A stretch of 64,000 bases of DNA from Camelus dromedarius (taxonomy: Eukaryota): NCBI RefSeq assembly GCF_036321535.1, contig NC_087437.1, positions 103,046,001 through 103,110,000 on the forward strand, given 5' to 3'. The notes beneath the pieces were generated by a model. That model ran no database searches, was not told the origin of the DNA, and worked only from the letters and a program-made list of their open reading frames with translations. Below, one piece after another: positions 54,725 through 64,000 of this stretch (its first letter is position 1; each line of letters starts with the position of its first letter). The translations under genes and the position numbers were made by a program.

Positions 54725-57700
54725 TCTGTTCTTCATGAAATGCTTCTGGTAAATGCCAGTCATGGTTTAATTAACCACCATGCCTATTTTACACATGTAT
54801 CAGGACAGCTCAACATAGCTGGAGAAAAGCTACAGTCTTTCTTAAAATTGTGACCCATAGCTTAATGCATACTCTTTGTGTTGTGAAGCACTCTCCCCAC
54901 ATTTTCCTTGCCCATTTTCTTCACCAGTTTTAGATAACTATGTCATACATTTTCACTGTCCTCTAGTTCACAAACCTCCTTTCTCCTAAGAAGGCTCAGC
55001 TGATGACCTCACTCTAACGCAGCACACCAGAGGACTGAAACCAGCTCTGAGACCCCCAGGGACCTGCAGCCAAAGCCCCCAGGACATGGTTCCACCCACC
55101 TCAGGCCAGCACCAGTTCTGGGACCCACTGGCCTCTGGCCTCACTTACCAGCAGGTTGACAGAAACATCCTGGACCCCTGGCCTGACAACTACTCATTCT
55201 GGAACCCAGTTCTTCCAAGCAGTAGGTCAGCAGTACCCCTAGGAACTATGGGATCTTTGCAGCCAGTCAGGTTGTGATCCACTCTGCCCCAGAGGAAGAG
55301 GCAGAGGTCTATGCACAAGGCAGAGCCTAGTGACCAATCAGACTGGAGCCAGCCCTGCCTACCAGACCACTTACAGTAGTCAACCCACCACAAGAGAAGG
55401 AACCAGGGAGCCCACATAAGAGGCACCATTAGAGCATATAGCTATGGTGACTAAAAAGGAGTGTGCTGCTGAGACACACAGAATGTCTTCTGCAAAAGAC
55501 CACTTTTCCAAGGTCAGGAAATGCAACCAACCTATCAAATACACAGTAATAAAACAGCAAGTTAGGCAAAATGAGGTGACAGAGGAATATGTTTCAAACA
55601 AATGAACAAGATAACACACCAGAAGAAGAACTAAATGAAGTGAAGATTGGCAATCAAGCCTATGAAGAGTTCAAGATAATGATTCTAAAGATATTCACAA
55701 AGAATTTGGGAGAAGGTTGGACGAACATAATAAGTTAGAAGTTTTGAACAAAGAGTTAAAAGATGGATAGAAGAATAAACAATGTGAGGAAACAGAAATG
55801 AAAAATACAGTAGAAGGAATCAATAGTAGATTAGATGATACAGAAAAACATCAGCGAGTTGGAAGACAGAGTGGTGGAAATTACTGAAGCTGAACAGAGA
55901 AAGAAAAATGAATAAAAAGAGATGAGGACAGTTTAAGATACCTCTGGGACAACATCAAGTGTATTAACATGCATTTGAGGGATTCCAAAAGGAGAAGACA
56001 TAAAGAAATGGATAGAGAGTATATTGAAGATATAATAGTTGAAAATTTCCCTAACCTGAGAAAGTAAACAAACATCTAGGCCCAGAAAGCACAGAGAGTC
56101 TCCAACAGGATCAACCCAAAGAGTACCACATCAAGACACATTGTAATTAAAATGGCAAAAATTAATAAGGAAAAAATACTAAAATCAGCAAGGGAACAGC
56201 AACAAGTTATGTACAACAGATTCTTTGCAGATCTAAAGACACATATATAGTGATATTGAGGGGATGGAAAAAAATATTCCATGCAAATTTAAGTGAAAAG
56301 AAAGCTGGGGTAACAATACTTATATCAGACAAAATAGACATTAAAACAAAAGTGATAGAGACAAGGAAGGACATTAAATGATGATCAAAGGATGAAAACA
56401 ACAAAAAAAGATAACAATTATAAATATATATTTGCACCCAACATATGAATATCTAAATACAGGAAACAAATATTAACAGACATAAAGAGTGGAATCAACA
56501 GTAACACAATAATAGTAGAGGACTTTAACACCCCACTTAGATTAATGGACAGATCATCCAGACAGAAAATCGTTAAGGAAACACTGGCCTACATTTTCAC
56601 ATTAAACCAAATGTATTGCATAGATACATATAGAACATTTCATTCAAAAGCAGAAGAAAATACATTTTTTTAAAGTGCACATGGAACATTCTCTGTGATA
56701 GATCATATACTAAGACACAAAACAAGTCTCAGTAAATTAAAGAAAAAATGAAGTCATATCAAGCATCTTTCTGACCACAACTCTATGACTAGAAATCAAG
56801 TCCCAGACAAAAACTGCAAAAAAACCACAAATACATGGAGGCTAAACAGTACACTACTAAACAACTAATGAATCACTGAAAAAAAAGAGATTTTTAAAAA
56901 TACCTTGAAGGAGATGAAAATGAAAACACAATTATCCAAAACCCAGGCAATGAAGCAAAATCAGTGTAAGAGGGAAGTTCATAATAATACAAGCCTACCT
57001 CAGGAAATAAAGAAAAAAAAAAAAAAAAAACCAAACAAATAACCTAACCTTAATTGTAATAAAACTTGAAAAAGAACACATAAAAGCAAAGTTAGTAGAA
57101 AAGAAGTCATAAATATCAGAACAGAAATAAATGAAATAGAGAATTTTAAAAAATGTAAAGATCAATGAAACTAAGAGCTGGTTCTTTGAAAAGATAAGCC
57201 AAATTAACAAACCTTTAGCCAGACTCATCAAGAAAAAAAAAGAGAGAGAGAGAGAAGGCTCAAATAGGTAAAATAAATGAAAAAAGTTACAAGCAATACC
57301 ACCAAAACACAAGCATATGAGATTATGAAGAACAGTTATATGCCAATAAAACAAACAATGTAGAAGATATGAACAAATTTGTGGAAATGTGCAATCTCCA
57401 AAGACTGAACCAAGAAGAAATAGAAAATATGAGTAGACAAATTACCAGTAATGAAATTGAATCAGTAATAAAACAACTCCCAAGAAACAAAAATCCAGGA
57501 CCAGATGGCTTCACAGATGAATTCTACCACATATTTAAAGAATTAATGCCTATCCTGCTCAAACCTCAAACATTCCAAATAATTGCAGAGAAAGGACTTT
57601 TTTAGCTCTTTCTACAAGGCCAGCATCACACTGACACCAAAATGATGTGATATCACACAAAAAAAGAAAATTATAGGCTAGTATCACTGATGAGCATAAT

Positions 57701-60420
57701 CCCCAACAAAACATTAGTAAACTGAATTAAACAATACACTAAAAGGTTCATACACTGTGATCAAGTGGGATTTATGCCAGGGATGCGAGGATGGTTCAGT
57801 ATCTGCAAATAAATGTGATATACCACGTCAACAAACTGAAGAATAAAAATTAGATGATCATCTCAATAGATGTAGAAAAAGTTTTTGACAAAATTCAACA
57901 TCCGTTTTTTGATAAAAACTCTCAAAAAAGTGGGTACAGTGGGAATATACCTCAACATAATAAAGGCCATATATGACAAACCCACAGTTGACATTATAGT
58001 GAGCACTGAAAAGCTGAAAGCATATTCTCTATGATCAGGAACGAGACAGGGATGCCCACTTTTGTCACTTTTATTCAACGTAGGTTTGGGAGTCCTAGAC
58101 ACAGCAATAAGATAAGAAAACAAAAGGAATCTTAATTGGAAAGTAAGAAGTAAAATGGTCCTGTTTGCAGATGGCATGATACTATGTATAGAAATCTAAG
58201 ATGCCACCAAAAAACTTCTAAAACTCATCAATGAAGTCAGTAAAATTACAAGATACAAAATTAATGCACAGAAATGTTTCATTTCTAAACACTAATAATG
58301 AACTATCAGAAAGTGAAATTAAGAATACAGTCCCATTTACCATCACATCAAAAAGGATAAAATACCTAGGAATAATGTATATAAGAAGATAAAAACACTT
58401 GTGCTTGGAAAACTATAAGATATTGATGAAATAAATTGAAGATGATGCAGACAGATGGAAAAATATATTGGGTTCATGGATTAGAACAATTAATGTTGTT
58501 AAAATGACCATACTATCCAAGGTAGTCTACAGATTCAATTCAATCCCTATCAAAATAGCAATGGCATTTTTCACAGAACTAGAACAAATAATTCCAAAAT
58601 TTGTATGGAAACAAAAAAGACCCAAATACCCAAAGAAATCTTGAGAAAGAAGAACAAAGCTGGAGGGATCATACTCCCTGACTTCAAATTATGCTACAAA
58701 GCTACAGTAATCAAACTTGTATGGTTTTTGCACAAAAACAGACACATAGATCAATTGAGCAGAACAGAGAGCCCAGAAAAGAACTCAAACTTATATGGTC
58801 ATTTAATCTACAACAAAGGAGGCAACAACGTGCAATGGGAAAAAGCAGCCTCTTCAATAAATGATGTTGGCAAAACTGTACAGCTACATACAAAAGAATC
58901 AAGCTAGACCACTCTCTCACCTCATGCATGAAAAGCGATCAAAATGGATTAAAGTCTAAATGGAAAACTTGAAACCATAAAACTTCTAGGTAAAAAAACA
59001 TAGACAGTAGGTTCTTTGACATTGGTTTTAGTAATATTTCTATGGATATATCTTCTCATGCAAGGGAAACAAAAACAAACATAAACAAATGAGAGAACAT
59101 CAAACTAAAAAAAAACTTTTGCACAGCAAAGGAATCTATCAACAAAACAAAAAGGCTACCTACTTAATGGGAGAAGATATTTTGCAAATAAGGAGTTAAT
59201 ATCTAAAATATACAAATAACTCATAGAACTCAACATCAAAAAAAAAAACTAATTAAAAAATAGGCTGAGTACTTGAATAAATATTTTTCCAGAGAAGACA
59301 TACAGATGACCTATGGGCACATCAAAAGGTACTCAACATCACTAATTATCAAGGGAATGCAAATTAAAAAAAACACAATGAGGTATCACCTCACACCTGT
59401 TGGAGTGACTATTCTCAAAAAGGCAACAAATAACAAGTGTTTGTGAAGGTGTGGAGAAAAGGAAACTCTCATACACTATTGGTGAAAATGTAAATTGGTG
59501 CAGCCATTATGGAAAACAAGTGGAGATTTCTCAAAAAACTAAAATTAGAAATAATACATGATATAGAAATTCCACTGCTGGATATTTATCCATAGAAAAT
59601 TTGAAGACTAATTTGAAAAGATACATGCAACCCTATGTTCCTTGCACTATTTTTTACAATAGCAAGATACAGAAGCAATCTAAGTGCCATCAATACATGT
59701 CTTGCTCACATGGATTGACCTAGAGGGTATTATGCTAAGTGAAATAATTCAGACAGAGAAAGATAAATATTGTATGAATTCACTCACAGTTGGAATCTAA
59801 AAAAAAAACTAAACAAATGAACAAGCATCATAAAATAGAGAGTCATTGATACAGAGAACAAACAAGTGGTTGCCAGAGGGAAACTGGGTGGCAGAGGAAA
59901 GAAATAGGTGAGGGAGATTAAGAGCTACAAACTTAGTCTCAAAATAAGTGAGTTATGAGTATTCAATGCACAATGTGGGTAACATAGTCATACCCACATA
60001 CCCTTCATATATGCCTATATATTTATGTGTGTGCAAATATGTAGACCAATCACTAGCTACTACATTTGGCTTCCAGATCCATCTGACATCTATCCTCTAT
60101 TCATAGCAAAATTCCTTGAAAATGTTTTTTAATCTTAGCTCTATCTAAATTCTTCCTCGAGTTATCTTAAATATACTTCAAGCAGGCTTTGACCACATCA
60201 CTCCACTGTACCTCTTTTGGAAGTTTACTAATGTTTACTTTTCTAAATTTAATGATAAATTAGCAATCCTAAATTTTCTTTTCTGCCTAAGAGAGGCATT
60301 GATCCAGTTAAATAATCTTTCTTGCTTGTCACATGGTCTTTGACTTATGCAGCATACTTTCCTATTTTCTCTCTTACCAGTCTTTTGTCTTATAATTGAC
60401 CTCTAAATGATAATTTCCTC
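54725..60420 (+). mobile_element. L2 fragment split by the 55020-59990 L1
   Basis: Left part cagctcaacatagctggagaaaa...ctcagctgatgacctc; right part atagcaaaattccttgaaa...caagcaggctttgaccacatcactccactg; both resemble the L2 ORF. Confidence 0.55.
55020..59990 (+). mobile_element. About 5-kb decayed L1 (part of 5'UTR, ORF1, ORF2, 3'UTR), sense to NCAM2
   Basis: ORF2 relics RLNQEEIENMSRQITSNEIESVIKQLPRNKNPGPDGFTDEFY (57369..57605) and [30 protein letters not shown] (58605..58907); ORF1-like acctctgggacaacatcaag; internal deletion near 56230. Confidence 0.95.
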
Positions 60421-61731
60421 CATCTGTATTTGGCATTTAAATCTTTTCAATAGTGTGTGTGCTTCATCTGTCTACAACATTGAATGCACATCGTGAGTCA
60501 AAAGGTAGTGAAAACTACTACAAATCTTTGATGTAATAATTGCAATTTCCATTTACTTTTGAGTTTGCTGAGAGAGTCCTTGACTACCAAACTGAAGTCT
60601 GTATGAGAAGACGTGATTTTTAACAGGTATTAACTATGAATAGGTTTAGGTTAATGGTTGAATTCTTTAGGTAAACTAAACATAAATTGCTGACCACTTT
60701 TCTTTTAATTACAAAATCTGAAGCCAGTTAAGAGTTTACTATGTACCAGACATTAGCATTGTCTTACTGTATGGCTATTTGTCCTCAATTCTGAATTTTA
60801 CTGTATCTAGCCAAATCACAGGAGTTGTGACCATACTGGGACAAAAATTTAAAAGAAAAAATCGTATGCTGAAGTAATAGTAGCATAACCATTGGCAAAC
60901 AACTTGAGTAAATTGATAATTCAAATTGATAAATGTTGCTTAGTGAATTAATAATTTGCTTATTCATAAATTAAAATCTCCTCCGGGTCCAAATGATGAT
61001 GATTAAGGAGTTCCCATAGACAAGTTCTTTAGAAGCGGAAGGTTTGGAAACAGTGGAATGGTACACTTTTCCTGTGTGTACCATAGAAAATATATTGGGA
61101 TATTTATATGCCTGCTAGGTGTTTTGATCAGCACCTTGAGATAGCACATTGCATATTTATCCACTATGAAGACTACTCTTCTAATACCTTCTCATAAAAT
61201 TTACATCCATCCTCCCTGTAGTATAATTATTTGAACACATCTTATACCTCTGTATCCCAATGCACAATTCATAGCTTGATGAAGGCTGTTTCTTATCATT
61301 TTTGTTTCTTGTAGCAAAGGTAATATAATTCCCCAGACTGTCTCTGCTTCTTGGCTCTCTAGTTCCAGCAGATATCCCTCTAATAATAATGTTCATAAAT
61401 TTTGGGCATATTATAATTGATATATCTCAATGTAAAGATTCATCACAGACCTGTTTGAGCCACAATTTTTTTGTTTTATAAAAAGGAATATAATACAGAA
61501 ATATAGGCCTTACCTTCTCTTTTAATGTTTTTGACAAGTCCACACTGTATCTTTTCCTTTCAACAGTTTAGGCTTGTATCATTGATTCATTTATTTCCTA
61601 TTTTAGAACCGTTTTAATATACCTTTTTGCTTTTGGTAAAAAATAAATAACATTTCATTGACATTTCCTCTTTCTCCTATTAATTATTTTATTATCTTAA
61701 TAACTCAGATCCTTTCTGGAAAATGTTTCTC

Positions 61732-61838
61732 TTTTTTTAAATATTTTTATTGAAGTACAGTCAGTTTACAATGTTCTGTCAATTTCTGGTGTACAGCACA
61801 ATGCTTCAGTCATATAGAAACATACATATATTCATTTT
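61732..61838 (-). mobile_element. Short young L1 3' tail (camelid-type)
   Basis: tttttattgaagtacagtcagtttacaatgttctgtcaatttctggtgtacagcacaatgcttcagtcata; lineage assignment from memory. Confidence 0.8.
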
Positions 61839-62624
61839 GATTTCTAACAATTACAAAAAGTGTAGTTTGTATATGCAGTATTTGTTTTAATTTGCCTTTA
61901 TTTTACCACAAAACAAACAAAATTCAGAAACAAAACCAACCAAAGCAACTCACTAGAGTTAATGTATATTAAACACAGTTTTAATTTTAAGCCATCTCTT
62001 AGAGGTAGCTTGCTTCTATGTCTGTGTAACAGAATGATTTGATGAAACTGATTTTCGTGTTTTGTTGTATGGTGAGTAGTTTTTGGTGTTTACATTCATG
62101 TGTTATAAAAATAAATGACAGTGCTTTTATTTAAAATGATTATGTTAATTGCAATGAGTCAGATAGTAAGACAGAGAATAGTTCAAAACACATATATAAG
62201 GAAATGCATTTTACTCTTTGAACCTCACACCCAAAATGTAGCTATGAGATGTTGAAATAAAGTATATGACTCATTCAGCATAGCTGTGTATTTAAGGAGC
62301 ATATATTTGCTATAGCACTACCAACACATTTGACAACGATTATATACATTATTTTAATAAAATTTCTATATAGCCAGTGATGTATATATTTGAATATGTA
62401 TTTGAAATGATATAATTTTTAAAAAGAAGGAAAAAATATGCATGTATGTTTCTAGGTGCTATTCTACTTCATGGTATCAGTCTGATAAAAGTGATGCTGT
62501 TAATAGCGATGTGTTGTATACCATGTGAATTCTCATGTATGTGACAAAAGATGGTCACTAGATGGTAAATGCATTCCGTTTTCTGATGTTTGGTGTGGGA
62601 CTAGTGGCAATTTAAGATACCTGT

Positions 62625-63640
62625 AGAACTTATATTTCCAGGCATAATGGATAAAGAAGGACTTGCTTTACACTCTGACTTTAAACAATGGCAACAATGG
62701 ACAAAACTTATGTCATGATGGATGGCACATTGATTCATGAGACAGGAGAAACAAATGTTGTGAGCCGTGTGATTGCTCGAGCCTACTGTGTAGAGAGTTC
62801 CCAGGTTGCAGTGCTGGGATGAAGAGACTGATTGTTTTCTCTTAGTTGAGGAGACAGTGTTTTGAATTTGAGTAACTAGGGGTGATAGAAATCACAGGAT
62901 GGGGCACCAGACAGGGCAGAGCTCTGTGGAGAAGAGACAAATTCAAACAGAGAAAGAGAGAGAACACCAGAGTTCATCAGCGCTTTCCCCAGGAGTCTTC
63001 AGTTGAGTACTGATGACTGTATGTGTCTGAGGAGAATATCCAAGGCCATAGAAGGAACCACTGGAATACTGAGGAATGCTGCTTTTGTAGTATGGCCAAA
63101 GTAGTCATAAACTAAAGATTGCTCCCAATTCCCCTAAGTTTAAAAGCCTCAAAAAAATAAAATTGTTTTCAAGTAGCTTAGCAATATCTCAGGAAAGAGA
63201 CCAAACGTACTGAAAGGTCTAAAAATATATATAAATATATAGCTCTCAAAATACATAATTCGTAATTTTTGGCATCCAGTAAAAATTATGAGATATACAA
63301 GGTACATGAAAATATAACCCATAATTGCAAAGACCACATCAATCAAAAGAAACAGATCCATTGTCACAGATAACAGTATTAATAGGTAAGAGCATTCACA
63401 TACCAATTTTTTTACGTATACTGCATATGTACAAGATAGAATGAAAACTGAGAAACATGACAATATAAAAGACTAAATCAAATCTAGAAATTAAAAAATA
63501 TCAAGTAAAAAAGGCATTGAATGGGGTTAACAGCAGATTAGATACTGCAGAATGAAAGATTTGTGAAACCAAAGACAGAAAAATACAGTTTGTCCAAAGA
63601 AAACATAAACAGGAAAAAGACTAATATAAATATAGAGTAG
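62625..63640 (+). mobile_element. Ancient L1M 5'UTR/ORF1 fragment
   Basis: ggagaaacaaatgttgtgagcc...agagttcccagg...tcagttgagtactga; ORF1-like gaatggggttaacagcagattagatactgcagaa. Confidence 0.7.
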
Positions 63641-64000
63641 TCCTGGGTCTTTTTCATGCTTTGAGTAAGTGTTGGCCAAAAATGGCTCAGAAGAGGGTCT
63701 TCATTTGTCTCATTAGATAAAGCACAGAAAGAATGTTTTCAGAATGCTTTATATTTCTTCATACTGCGTTTTCTTATAGGATGTCTGGTAGGGATTTGTA
63801 TAAAGATATACTAGAGGAAAAGGATAATGACTATGGTTAACATTTATGGAATGTATGCTAAGTGTCAGGCATTTTTTTAAACATTTCATGCAACATTATT
63901 GTGCTACTTCACTTTGAATACTGTGCTTCTTGCTTTTCAAAAATCTTTCATTTGTCTATAGTTTGAACAAGATTATCATACTGCATAGACACTGGTTACT

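Noticed and set aside
44751..64000. A 30-nt VASE homologue (ASWTRPEKQE-like) or NCAM2 exon 9
   Set aside because: Neither was found by eye; exon 9 presumably lies beyond the window.

Overview
AT-rich mammalian genomic DNA containing seven consecutive internal coding exons of NCAM2 (neural cell adhesion molecule 2/OCAM) on the + strand. Using the human gene structure as I recall it, these are exons 2-8 (942-1016, 3943-4149, 6076-6219, 13163-13300, 35850-35967, 41998-42158, 44605-44750). They total 989 nt, all have AG/GT boundaries, and they splice into one open frame encoding Ig1-Ig3 and the first half of Ig4. The rest is intron, filled with L1, L2, MIR, Tigger/Charlie DNA transposon relics and at least five LTR relics; two solo LTRs keep perfect target-site duplications. 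The repeat content suggests a cetartiodactyl, probably a camelid (inference). Nearly all ORFs in the supplied track are noise or transposon fragments. I see no convincing new biological system. The best leads are speculative splicing signals: a hairpin-embedded candidate poison exon in intron 5, a 3-nt microexon-like site in the intron equivalent to the NCAM1 VASE position, and AG|GT recursive-splice-like sites. Repeat family names come from remembered consensus sequences and need RepeatMasker/Dfam confirmation.
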